Positions 29,670 to 42,200 of a stretch of DNA of 64,000 bases are shown here, one piece after another. Numbering within the stretch: position 1 is the stretch's first letter; each line of letters starts with the position of its first letter. The DNA comes from Lama glama (Eukaryota), in NCBI GenBank assembly GCA_028534125.1, contig CM052816.1, positions 16,680,001 to 16,744,000 of the forward strand, given 5' to 3'. The notes under the pieces are model-generated. The model worked only from the letters and a program-made list of their open reading frames with translations. It ran no database searches and was not told the origin of the DNA. Both the position numbers and the translations under genes were made by a program.

Positions 29670-30320
29670 GTCCGCCTGTCCCGCGTTTACCTCAGCCAGG
29701 CCGCGCCGCGTGTTCGGCCCCGCCGCCGCCCCCTCCTTGGCAGCGGGTCCCCTGGCCGCCGGCTCCCGGGCGCGGGCGGACCCGGAGGGCCGAGCTCCCG
29801 CCCCCAGCCGCCCGCGGGCCGCCTGCCAGACGCGCCGGGAAGGAAGCGCCTTGTATGGGCCTCGGGCAGAGAGGAAGCGCCTGCTAAGGCCCCGGGAGGA
29901 AGCGCCATATATGGCGAGGGGCGGGCCGGGGGCGGGGAGTGCGCCGGGGATGGAGGCCGCTTCCGCCGCCGCGAGGCGGAGCCGCGCCAGCCCTACCCCC
30001 ACCCCGCGCGCGGGCCTTGGAGGAGGGGACGCTCTGGCTGCGGCCCGCGACCCCTCCGAACGCTCCTCACAGCGCCCCGCACAGTTCCCTCAGTGCCACA
30101 GAGCCCCCGGAATTGGGAGCAGAGGGGGTGTCCATCCTGGCTTTGACGCCCGATCAAGCCGAGATGGATTCCTGGCCCCGTGCACTCGCTCTGTGACCTT
30201 TGGGAAAACCCATTCGTCTCTGAGCCTCAGATTCCTCTTCTGAGCGATGTGGGGATAAAATGAGAGGATGCCTGTCAAGAACGTTCTGAAGCGGGCCAGG
30301 CCCGCAGAGGCAACGCATTC
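29670..30320. promoter_or_regulatory. Orphan intergenic CpG island with tandem ETS-CArG units and GC boxes (probable enhancer)
   Basis: Abrupt CpG-rich block. AGGAAGCG-CC(N6)GG occurs three times in 29841-29914, followed by GGGGCGGG boxes. Confidence 0.75.
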
Positions 30321-30685
30321 ACCCTAACAATTGTATGTGGCGGGGTGAGGGGGGCGGTGGACAGATGTTCCCAGTACCCTACTGTGGCCCTTTATCCTCT
30401 GCCTAGCCGATTTGGCGCCTGGGGAGCCTGAATGAAGGGCTATATGGAGCTGATGCCTTCAGAAGAGATCTTTCTAGAAGAAAATAGATACCTTAAAGTC
30501 TAGAGTTTTCCCTTCCAAGCTGCGGGGTTCAGACAGAGGGGGTTCCAATCCCAGCTTTTCCTTAACCAGCTGGTTGATGCTGGGAAAGCTACTTATCTTC
30601 TCTGACTCTCAGTTCCCTTACTGATAAAATGAGGATAATAATTATTGATTGGCAGGATTGTTGTGGTAATCAAATGAAATAGGGC

Positions 30686-30759
30686 GTGTGTGTGTGTGTG
30701 TGTGTGTGTGTGTTGTCTAACACGGAGTAGATGTGTGTGTGTTGTCTAACACGGAGTAG
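30686..30759 (+). repeat. (TG)n microsatellite with adjacent 29-bp-period tandem duplication
   Basis: tgtgtgtgtgttgtctaacacggagtag at 30703-30730 and 30732-30759. Confidence 0.9.
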
Positions 30760-32899
30760 GTGCTTAATTAAGGTCAGTTCCTCAGTTCTCTGCACTTTCC
30801 CAACTGGAGGGTGGGGAGAAGGAGAAAAGAATGGCCAAGTAAGCTTGGCCATTCTTCCTAGAAGCCCTGCCCTCTTGGAGGAGACTGTCCCTTTGGATCT
30901 CTGGTGCCTTGCTGCGAAGATTTGGTGCCTCTACAAGAGATGTAACTGTGGCCCTAATGCGTCCCTTTCTCACTTCAGCCACCTCACCCAATGAGCTGCT
31001 CTCCCTACCTGCTACTCTCTATGCACCCCGCACCCCGGAGCCTAGCTGACCTCCTGGACAGGCTGACAAGGGCAAAAAGAACCTGGAGGAAGTTCTACTT
31101 CTCATCACAGCCAGAACCTGGTATCTAGGACAGCATTCCCTCCCATGCCTGCTGTCAGTACCACACCCACACATTTCAAGAGATGGGTATCAATCTCAGA
31201 AAAACATTTCCCAATCCTTCCTTGTTGGCCCTGCCCTGCCCTCCTCAGTTCTGCCTGTCCTGGAGTCCCATTTAAATCTAACCTGAATTTTCCTGCTTCT
31301 CAGTCGCAGCCAAGCTGCAGTGAGCAGCCCATAAGAGGTTCCAGGCAAGTTTGTGGACACACACAATAGATGTGTCACCCACGGTCTTGTTTCCTTTCAT
31401 CCTGGTTGGACAAGGAAGCTGTCGTTGGCATGGTAACCTTCCCTCTAAAAGTTGCAGCCCTCAAGGATGTTTTTCAGTTCCGGAAGGGACACAGCTCCTT
31501 CCCCCCACCCTACCCACTCTGTGTTGATCGCAAGGGTGACATGTAGCTGTGTCATCTGGCCTCCCCCAGAATGGGGACATGGTGCTGGTAGCACAAAAGA
31601 AGGACTGGAGGGTAGCAAAGGGCTTAAGGAAGATGCTGATTGGATCTCTGAGGAACAGGTTCCTTCTGTCCTACATGTTGATCTTCAGCTACCCAGAGAA
31701 ACCAGTTCTGAGGCCCAGAATATTTAGGGAGCCTCTCAGGGTCTCGTGGTGAATTATAAACACACATCTTCACTAAAACCAAGCACCCAACAAATGGCAT
31801 GATGCCCAGTGCTTAAATCTGGAGAATAAGCTGATAAACAATAAAGCCTCCAGAATCCAGTGATTTCCTTTCTCCTCAGTCTCTCTAAGGAGTAAATGAA
31901 TATTTATTAACCATCTCCCATGTTCCAGTTTCCCATACATTATTTCCACCTAATTCTTCCCACAGTCCTTTGAGGGAGGCATTAGAACACCCATTTTACA
32001 AATGGGGAAACTAAAATTTGGACAGAGGTCTTAAAGGACTTGACCAAAAATACATGGTCATGGAGTGGTGGCACTGGGACTGGAACCCAGGTCTTCAGCT
32101 TCCCAATCCCACACAAATGTCCTGTGTTCCTTTGTATTTGTGATTGTGCTACTGATAAAGAAATCTTCCCCCCCCCCAAGTCCCAAGGCATTGCCTTTCT
32201 AGGATGTCCCCAGGAACAAAATGGGCATCAGCATCAGTCTCTGTGGCAACAAGGTCCTGTGTGGCCCTGCGTGGCACAGCTGTGGCATCCTCATCCTCAA
32301 ACCTGAGGCTTCCACCTGTCAGCTGCCTTGTCTCTGTCATGAAGTTTCCCCAGCAGAGGGCAAGCCACAGGAAAGTGGTTCCCAGCTGCCAGCCTCATCT
32401 AGACAAAATTGCTTTAGCGCCAGCCCTGGCTTCCCTCGGTCCCTCCAGAGTGAGCACATTCAGCTCCCCCGCAGAAGGGAGGGGCAGAGGGACACGGAGC
32501 AAAAAAGGAAACTTCCATTTCTTTTGCTGGCTGGGAAGCACTTGGCTTGGAGCTGCCACTCATCTTGTAGGTGGAGAAGATTAATACTGATCCTCTGGAG
32601 ATAATAGGAGTCTCTAAAATGAACCCTTGGGCAAAAGCTTTGCCAGGGAGAGAGGCTAGTAGGAAAGCCTGGGGTTTGAGTGAAGCAGGAGAGGAGAGGC
32701 AGTGTGAGGAGGGAGTAAAGCCCCTGATCTCCTCCTCCTCTCATTTTGTGCTCTTTTCTGGGTGTCGTTCTTTCTTCTGTAGGACTTCTGTCCTTCTGTC
32801 CAAAAAAGACAAGAGTCATGTCCTGGCAACTGGAGCAGGGTGAGGGAGAAAGCAGTAGGGGGAGGAAACTATCAGATGGTGTCATCAAGCAAAACAGGG

Positions 32900-33290
32900 G
32901 AGGTGTTAATAGTATTAATAGTTAATATTTATTTACAGTGTGTCAACCAGGCCTCATTTATTGTCTCATTTAACCCCTCCCTCAGATAGATCCTACTGTC
33001 ACGCTGTGTTAGAGAAAAAGATACTGAGGTTGATGAGGCTCCTCAATGATGATGGCTCCCAGTTAATGGGGCTGAGCTGGGCACTCTGTAGATATCACCT
33101 CCTTCAATCCCCACCACTAACCAGGGAGATGGAACCATTATGCCCATTTTCTACAGGTGAAAACTGAGGCTCAGAGAAGTAGGGAACTTGCCTGTGATCA
33201 TTAAGTAATGTAAGTGGCAGAGTGTGGAATTAGAATTCAGCTGTGTGACTCCAGAACACATGTGCTTAACTACTTTGTCTTGCTGCCTCC
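32900..33290. mobile_element. MIR relic(s)
   Basis: cccattttctacaggtgaaaactgaggctcagagaagt...aacttgcc. Other MIR cores lie near 21330-21640, 25960-26090, 30500-30780, 31900-32100, 55390-55600 and 63740-63830. Confidence 0.65.
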
Positions 33291-33405
33291 AAGGCTCCTC
33301 CATGCCTTGGGGGGCTCCTATTCATATAGCCTGAGACCACAAAAATCTGCCCACACTTACATTTCCCTAGTGCTCACCACATAGGTGAAAACTTGGCCAG
33401 GAGCA

Positions 33406-33536
33406 GGGAGGGTATAGCTCAAGTGGCAGAGCTCATGCTTAACATACACAAGGTCGGGCTCAATCCCCAGTACCTCCTCTAAAAATAAATAAGTAAACCT
33501 AATTACCCCCCAAATAAAAATTAAAAACAAACCAAA
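33406..33536 (+). mobile_element. tRNA-Ala-derived SINE (Vic-1-like) with target-site duplication
   Basis: TSD aaaacttggccaggagca (33388-33405) / aaaacttgtccaggagca (33537-33554), 17/18 identical. Confidence 0.88.
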
Positions 33537-34989
33537 AAAACTTGTCCAGGAGCATTCACTTGGTTTAGTTCAGACTTGCCACTAGGGTATTTCTAGGGTC
33601 TGGAGAGATGGGCCTGGATAATGTGTGGCCTTGTGTCCTGGGGCTCTGGCTGTCTCCAATCTAGACTCCAGGAATAGGAGGAAACCTGGAGAGGTCTTCA
33701 CTACCCTTCCCATGCCTTGAGATTTCCCTAAGAGATATAAAGATGTATAAATTGCACATCCCTCAGGAGGTCCCCTTAAGACCCAGGAAAGTGCTTCTTG
33801 GAGGAGAGGATGGAGAGCCCAGTGATTTCCATCAGTGAGACCAGAGAGCAGCAACCTCTCCAACTGGGCAGGCTCCCAGTGGCCTTTCTCAGAGACTCCT
33901 CTGCACCTGCACTGTTACAAGAGCAGACTCCATCACTCCCACTCCTGCTACAGGGCTGTGGGGGTGGGATACACTTGGAATCCTGAGTCACAGGAAAGGT
34001 TCCACTTCACTTTCCCTGGAACAGCAAGTCAAGGATGCAGCCGGCAGTCTTTCTGGAAAGGAAGGGTAACTGGAAAGTAAGAATGAATAGTGCTCATTTG
34101 CTTCCCTGCCATCTCTTTTATTTAAAAAAGAACATTTATGTATTTAATTTTTATTCCACTATATGTGATGCATATTCATTGCAGAAAATATTTATGATGG
34201 AAATAAGATTTATTATTGTGAATTTTTCTTCCCTTTTTCTCTCTTAAACTTACCCACCAAAAGGTTTCCAGCTCAGAATCCAATTCCACTTTCTAGTTTA
34301 GAGAGTTCAGTCTTTGCCAGCTCAGTTCCTGGATCTTTTGTAATGCAGAATCAGAATTGGGGTTGAGGGCATTGGTTAAAGAGAGATGTAGAGCCTGAGA
34401 GACGGAAAAGGAAGAACTTGGGCACAGAGGCTAAATTGATCTATTTAATAAAGAATAAGGAAGGGATAGGGAGAAGGAAAAGAGATGGATTAGAAAGAAA
34501 AGGTAGGAGGAATTTTACGAAGTATTCCTGTGGGGCTTTAAGTGGATTCCCTGTAATTCCCCAAGTAGAGAATGGAATAACTCTCTATTTTCTGGCTCCA
34601 GGATCGTAATTCTTTATTTGCAGCTCTTTATTGCAAAGCTCGTAGAACTTTGACCATGTAGAGATCCAGGATTTACTAGGGTTCTATACGGGAAAGTACA
34701 AAAATATTATTATTATTTGATAAATGAAAAAAAACAGTCAAGTATTAATCCTACTTTTTTTTTTTAATAACTGATTAGGCCTAAGTTCTGCATTGACAAA
34801 TTCTGTCTAACAAATGCAAATGGAATGACAGAATTATAAAATCACCATTTTGTAACCTCTTATGAGATAATAGATTTAGACAAGGATCATCAATCCTCCA
34901 GGGATTCCTAAAAGCATTGTGTGGTGGAGGATTGACAGGAACTTTATAATATCAATAGTACTTGAACCCACCAATTAATTTTAACATCA

Positions 34990-35017
34990 CAAAAAGAGAG
35001 AAGAAAAAGAAAAGAAA

Positions 35018-35075
<58 letters not shown>
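34990..35075 (+). repeat. (GAAA)n/(GA)n microsatellite
   Basis: Directly visible purine repeat. Confidence 0.95.
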
Positions 35076-35079
35076 CCAC

Positions 35080-36180
35080 CCACGAGAACTGAAAACATAT
35101 GTTCACACAGAAACCTGTACATAATGTTCATAGCTGCAACATTATTTGTAATAGCTAAAAGTGGAAGCAACCCAATATCCATTGACTAATAAATGGATAA
35201 ACAAAATGTGGTATATCCATACAATGGAATATTATCCAGTCAAAAAAGGGAATGAAGTACTGATACAAGCTACAAAATGGATAAACCTCAAAAACATTCT
35301 GCTAAGTGAATGGGGGCAGATACCAAAGGCCACATATTTTATGATTCCATTTACATGAAATGTCTAGAATAAGCTAATCCATAGAGACAGAAAGTTGATT
35401 GGTGGTTGCCAGGCTCTGTGGGATGAATGGAATCGGACGTGACTGCTACCAGGTTCAGAATTTCTTTTGGGAGTCAAAGAATGTTCTGTTATTAGTGGTA
35501 ATAGTTGTACAGCATGGTGAGTATATTAAAAAAACATTGAATTATACACTTAAAAGTTTAAGGTTTATGTTATATGAATTGTATTTCAATTTTAAAAATC
35601 ATAACTAGGAAATTAGAGTGAGAGATAACCAAAAATTATGTGCCTCTTGGTATACTGAAGTATCAGGTACATAGCATGACCTAAAAAGTGAACCTGAATC
35701 TGATCAAACCTCTAGGTATAACAAATGTACCGGAAATTCATGAGCTAGAAGGACATAGTAAATAACATTATGGAGACAAAAGAAAAAAAATACAATGCAT
35801 CTGTCAAATCCAAAAAGTGGGGAATTCTTCAGGGCAAATAACCTGTTTTCTTCAATAAATAAATAGCGAGGGCAACTATTATGGATGAAAAGAAACTTAA
35901 AGGACATTTCAACCAAATGCAAAATGTGATCTTTTTGGGGTCTTAAGTTAAACAAAGAAACTTAGAAAATACTTATAAAGATATACACTAAAGTATTTAC
36001 AGATGAAATTATGTAATGTCTGGTATTTGCTGCAAAACAATCCAGGGTGTGGTGGCAGAGAGGGAGGAAGATAGACTCAACAAGACCAGCTGTGGATTGA
36101 AAGTTGTTGAAGTGATTGATACACACATTACACTATTCCGTGCTACTTTTGTGAGTGTTAGAAATTTTTCATTCACACAC
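35080..36180 (+). mobile_element. Old L1 (L1MB/L1MC-like) 3' fragments
   Basis: atgttcatagctgcaacattatttgtaatagc...aaatggataaacaaaatgtggtatatccatacaatggaatatta... Confidence 0.75.
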
Positions 36181-39100
36181 ACAAAATGAAGCTTGATCGA
36201 TCCACGAAACTGGAGCATATTTAAAAGTTATATCTTATTTAAAGGAAAATGGGTTAAGACCAAATAATTGAATTTGAGGTGATTCATGCTGTATTGAAAG
36301 CTGAAATTAAAGAACATGAACAAAATCTGAAGTGACTAGTCAAATTATTCTTATCATTACTGTTACTATTACAATCACTGAATTGGAAGTGGAGTGAGGG
36401 CACCAGGAACCTCCCAAGGAGGCAGGAAGCAGTGCAGCTTTTCAAACACTCAGAGACACAGTTAAACTAAGTTGTTGGCCTTCTGGCCCCAACCTGCATT
36501 TCCAGTCCCATTCCTTGCCCCCCTTTCCTTGCTTTTTGGCCACACCACCATTAATTCACTGGTTCCTGAACACACTGACCTCCTTGCCTTTGCACTTACT
36601 GTTCCATCTGCCTGCAAAGTCCTCTCCTGTGAACGCCCCATCTTCCTTCTACACCCTGTTCCTGTGTCTCTTCCTTCTTCACAGAATTAGTCACTCCCTG
36701 CTCCGTACACACCCCATCACACTGTAAGGCAATTACTTATTTCTAAATCTCTCCCCACCAATTCTGTGCTGCCCCAGTCTCTATCTTGTTTATCTCTACA
36801 TGCTCAGGGCCTGACTGAGTATTTGATAAATGTGTTTTGGAAAACAGACTGAGTGATTGAGGAGCAGCACAGCATAGACTTTAGGTGGCCCAGTGCTCAG
36901 TGTGGCCCCAAGAAAGTTACTCAGACTTGGGCTCTCCCAAGGCATGCCTGCTAAATTGGGGTACAACAAAGCAAACAGTCTGATCCAAGGATAACCAACA
37001 GGACCACCTGGTTAACATAATTATTTCACTTGCTAATTAGCAGAGAAAAGAAGTTTAAGAGAAAGACTTTGAGCCCAGTAGTATGCATGAATTATATATT
37101 GGAAATGGGGATAAGAGAGAGAATTCAGTGATGGAGGCGAGATCTCAAGAGTTTTCTAATAAATAGTCGAGGGAGCTTGGTTTGCTAATAAAATAACAGT
37201 ACTTTCCACTTTTAAAACATCTATAGCCACCAAATTTAGAAGCCAAACAGCAGCTCACTGATGCTTCTACCCTGCCAGCCCCAACAGACAATCCACCAGC
37301 AGGGAATATTGAACAGCCAACCTGTGTCGACTCAGCAAAGAACCTGAGCCCCTAGAAAATCTTTCCCTTCTTTATTTGTTAGCACTCTTCTTAACACGTT
37401 ACAGTTGAAGGAGCACATCTGTGCAGGGGGAGAAAATTCTCCATGAGAGGACCTTCATAAAGACCTCTACATCATACTGGATTCTAGAAAATAATTATTT
37501 GCTTACCTAGTCTTATTTTTTCTTTTTCTTTCATAAATTGAATGATTTAATTCTGATGATAAAAATACTCGCTCATTTGGAGAACACAGAAAAGTATAAA
37601 AAAAGAAATAAAAATTTCCTATAATACTGCCAGAAGTAAAAACATTTGATGTAAGTGTGTGCACATGTGTGTATTTTATAAAATTGGAATCATGTCATAT
37701 AGAGTTTTATATATTTATCACTTAGTATTATATTGTAGATATTTTCTTCAGGTCAATAAATACTTCAGAACATGATTTATAATGACTGCCTAATAGTCCA
37801 TCATATAACATTTTATTTCACCCCTCACCCATAGGACATTTATGCTGTTGACAGTTTTTCTCCATTAGGAATAATACACTGTGTATTATTAGCAGTCCTG
37901 GAAGAATTGCTAGGTCAGAGGGCATGAAATTTTACAAGATCTTTAGTGTGTGTTGTTGCATTGCCCTCAGGAAAGCTTGTACCAGTTTATTCTCCCACCA
38001 TCAGTGTGTGAAACTTTTGCTTGTCAAAGTGCTATCCTTCATTTCACCATGTGTGAAAAAGGTAAAGTATTTCTATATTTCTTACAATAGATATATATTT
38101 TTAATCAGAAAAAAATCATGTTATCATGGTTTTTTTAAAGAAGAAAGTAAGCATTATTTCTCCCCATTAAGTGGATTGGGAACCTGAGGCTGATGGATTA
38201 ATAACTTTAAAAGATATTCTTTATGAAGCCTGACAGTTAGGTCTCAGGAGATTGAAAAAAGTGTTTCTGGATAGAACCAAGATGCTTCTAAGAAGAAAAT
38301 TCTAAGGACCTTGGCAGTTTCATTAGGTAAAAATGAAGTCTGGCTCTGAAGAGAATGAAAGATGACTCTGAGGAGACAATTCAGGGGAGTCATCACAAAT
38401 CTAAGGGGACAACATTGGTTCTGAGGCTGCTGGAATGGGATTGGAAGCAGTCACCACTCCAGAGTTTCTGTTTTATAGGGACGTGGGGCAATCAAATTTC
38501 CATTTGTGTCTTTCATAGAAGACTGAGGATGCTCCCCCAAGGTACTGCTTGGCCTCATCACTGATCTGAGAAGACTTACAAATGGGCCAAGTCAGGTAGA
38601 CCTGAGAATATTAAATATGTGGTTCTGAGAAGACAGTTTAAGATGGACAGTTAGTGTTGAGGTGACTGAAAACTGGTTCTGATAAGGCAGCTGGAGGTTC
38701 ACTGTCTCTGACAAGCCAGTTTGAGGGAATTCAAAGTTGGTTCTAAAGAGATTCAAAGGTGTTTGGCAGAGAGATGATTTTGTTTCTCCTTCTCCCAGAC
38801 CCTCTCCTAATCCCCTCAACCAGCTCACCTACAGCAGATGCTTTGTCAATTTTTTTCAATAAATGAAGCACAGTTTGGTTCACCAGGAATCTAGCCTTTG
38901 GGTCTGAAAAGATTCTAGGATGAGAAGTTGGTTCTGAGCAGAAATGAGCTTTTGAGGAGTCTAAGGTAATTTTCTCTGAGGAGGGCATCCACTTCTGGTT
39001 CTGTGGAAATAGTGACTTCTGGGTTTCTGCAAACTGAGGAGGTACTCAGGCCCAGGGGAGAAGCCTGGTTTCCCTGGGTCACAGGGCTGGGAGAAGACAC

Positions 39101-39459
39101 CAGGATAGATTTGTTTCCACTCATTTGCCTCTCCAGATTTATTAGGTCCCCTCCCTCAAAATGAGTCTCCAGTGAGTGTCATGAGGGCCTCCATCCCCAC
39201 TACTGAAAGGCCTGCTCTTTGGCCTTCAGCAAATCAGCACCACAATCTTAGAGTGCTGTGTCCTCCCAGCAGAGGGGCTCATCAGAGCCCAGGGCAGGGA
39301 TGCTAGCAGGAGAGAGGGCCCAAGAGGGTCACCCTCAAAGAGGGAGAACAGGCCTGTAGGATAGAATGAGTCCTGGGAAGCCCACCTGGAGAATGGGAGC
39401 TCAAAGACAGAGAAGAGAAAGATTTTTTGAATTTAGTTTTAATGAGGTGTAAGGAGTTT

Positions 39460-40125
39460 AAAAATAGCTTTAATGAGGTATAATTTAAATACCACAAAAT
39501 TCATCCATTTTAAGTGTATATTTCAATGACTTTTAGTAAATTTACGGAGTTGTTCAAACAGCACAGTCCAGTTTTAGAACATCTGCATCATCCCCAAAAT
39601 AACAAGTTGATTTGCAGTCAAGATCTACTCTTACCTCCAGCACCTGGCAACTACTAATCTGCTCTCTGTCTCTCTGATCTAGCCTTTTTTCTGGACATTT
39701 CATATAAATGCAATCATATAATATGCACCTAACTTCTTTATCATAACGTTTTTGAGATTTATCCATGTAGTAGCACACATCTGTATTTTGTTCCTTATTA
39801 TTATAGAGTGATATTTCATTGCTTGGATATGCTACATCTTACTTATTCACTAACCAGCTGAATAGACATTTGGATTGGTTCCACTTTTTGGCTATTATGA
39901 ATAATGCTGCTGTGAATACTCACACACATATCTTTACATGAACATGTTTTCATTTCTCTTGGGTAGCCAGGAGTGGAGTTGATGGGTTGTATGGTAAATG
40001 TATGTTTAACTTTGTAAGAAATGGCTAAACTATTTTGCAAAGTGATACCTTTTTACGTGCCCACTAGCAATGTATGAGGGTTCCAGTTTTTTCACATCCT
40101 CACCAACACTTGTTATTGTCTGTCT
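39460..40125 (-). mobile_element. Old L1 (L1MB-like) 3' fragment
   Basis: aatagctttaatgaggtataattt...ttggctattatgaataatgctgctgtgaa...ctcaccaacacttgttattgtc. Confidence 0.78.
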
Positions 40126-40939
40126 GAAAAGGATAACTGTTAAGGATAATTCTCTAAAATAAGTGAAGCCACCCTTTCCCAACTCCAACACATAGCCAGG
40201 AAGGCAGCAAGTGACAGTTTATCAGAATTGGGAACACAGACCAGGACCCACTCTCACGCTGCTGCATAGCCCCAGGGTCCCCCGGCCCAGAGAGGAGAGA
40301 GGGAAGGGGCAGTTACAGCCCTGTCTCTGAGCTGAGAGGTGGGAAAGCTGTCGAATAGGGTTTGTGACAACTAGGCAGTGAGTGGGGCCATGTTCCAGAA
40401 ACCCATCCAGGTCAGAGCCCACAGGAGACAGTAATAAAAGGCAACATGTGCAGGTAACTTCTCAGGGCTAGTCTCCTAGGGCAGCTTCCTACATTATTTG
40501 ATCTTAGCCCCTTCCTTCTCGTGAGGTACGAGTATGCTCACCAATGCATGCCCACCATCCACCAGGTAGGTTTTCTCCATGAAAAAGTATCACCGAGGAC
40601 TTAAGTACATTTGCCAAGCCAAATAAACAATGACATATAAACAGGCATACCTTGTTTAGTCCCAGACATCTCATTACCAGGAAGGTGTAAACAAACGGGA
40701 AGGAGTTTGAAGTAGAGCAATAAAGATGATGAAGGGGCTGGCTCTGTTTACCTGTGGAAATATAAAATGGAGTAAATTTTTTTAGGAGGCTGGGCCCTGA
40801 CTCTGTGAGGTTGGGGATGGGGATGGGGGTGGGGTGGGGATAATTACTTTGAGTAAGAGAGACGTGAATAAATGGTGATATGGTGGGAAGAAGGAGCCAG
40901 AAGGTGGGGAGGGGTGGGCTTTGGAGTGGATGAGCACAC

Positions 40940-41470
40940 CCCACACAAAGACTTGTACTCAGATGCTCATAGAAGCTTTATTTCTAATAGCCCCCGAGGG
41001 AACCAACCCCAGTGTCCATGTACGGGCGAAAAGGTGAGCAAATTGTGCTGCAGCTGAGCAGCAGGATACTCTTCAGCAATAAAAAGGAGTAAACTGTACA
41101 CAAAACAACATGGGTGAGTCTCTAAATAATGATGCTAAAATGAAAGAACCCAGACTAAAACAAGTACATTCTGAATTATTCAATTTATATGAAACTCAAG
41201 AAAATGCAAACTGACCTATAGAGTGAGAGAAATCAAATCAGTTGTTGCCTGGGCGCTGAGGTGGAAGAAGGAAAGATTTCCAAAGGGTATGAGGAAAGTT
41301 TTGAAAGTGATGGATATGTTCACTATCTTAATTGTGGTGATGGTTTCACCTGTGTACATATATGTCACGACTCATCAAATTATACACTTTACATGTACCT
41401 CAACTATATTTATTACCAGTATTTTTGTGCTTTCATATGTATGTCAACTGTACCTCAATAAAGCTGTAAT
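40940..41470 (+). mobile_element. Old L1 (L1ME-like) 3' fragment
   Basis: cacacaaagacttgtactc...cagcaataaaaaggag...ttaattgtggtgatggtttcac...tacctcaataaagctg. Confidence 0.7.
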
Positions 41471-42200
41471 AATAGTGATAATAATAATCAACAACAGTAA
41501 GTACTGAGGAAAATGCACTTATGGGAGGGCTCCTTGAAAAAGGAGGTGAGATAGATTTACTTGGATCTGGGGAGCTGAGCCACCACCTTGACCTAAGAGA
41601 GCATCTCAAGTAAGCTTTTCCTCAAAAGGCTTTCCTGGGTTCTAGTAATATGAAGAGGGAGACAGGAAAAAAAAAAAATCACTGTATACGAAAAAAAAAA
41701 TCACTGAAGTGGAGGGCTAGATTTGCTATACGGGTGCAAAAATCTTATTAGCACCCAAAGGCTTATGGGTAAAATGTTGAAATCTTATTTGTACAATACC
41801 TTATTCTTTTAGACTTGGCCTCATTCCCCTTAGGACCCCGGAGATCTCACTCTGGCCAACCTTCCCCTCTTAAACTGCATTAAGTGTGGCTGAACCAAGG
41901 GAAACAGCAGAGGAGAGAGGGGAACATTGGAGGGAAGACCTCTGACTCTACTCTACCCATCCCTGACTCCATTTCTTCCTGGGGTTGGGTAGCTGTAAGC
42001 AGAAGCAGGAAGCACACCTCAAACCCAGCCTGATAACTAGACTGAGCTCTGCCTTTCTGAGTATTTAGAATCTTTCAAAATGGATGAGGCTGAACGTTCC
42101 TGAAATTCAAGAGAAAACAGTACCTCTCAGGTACTAGGAAGAAGAGTCAGAGGTCCTTAGGACCTAAGCTCTTTCTCTTACTTCAAAATCTAAACCAGTT

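Noticed and set aside
29523..30243. 219-aa (+) and 159-aa (-) ORFs over the orphan CpG island
   Set aside because: Ala/Arg/Pro/Gly-rich with no recognisable domain. Long stop-free frames are expected in very GC-rich DNA.
40813..40839. Intergenic G-run cluster (G4-capable)
   Set aside because: Common low-complexity motif next to an old L1, with no other supporting context.
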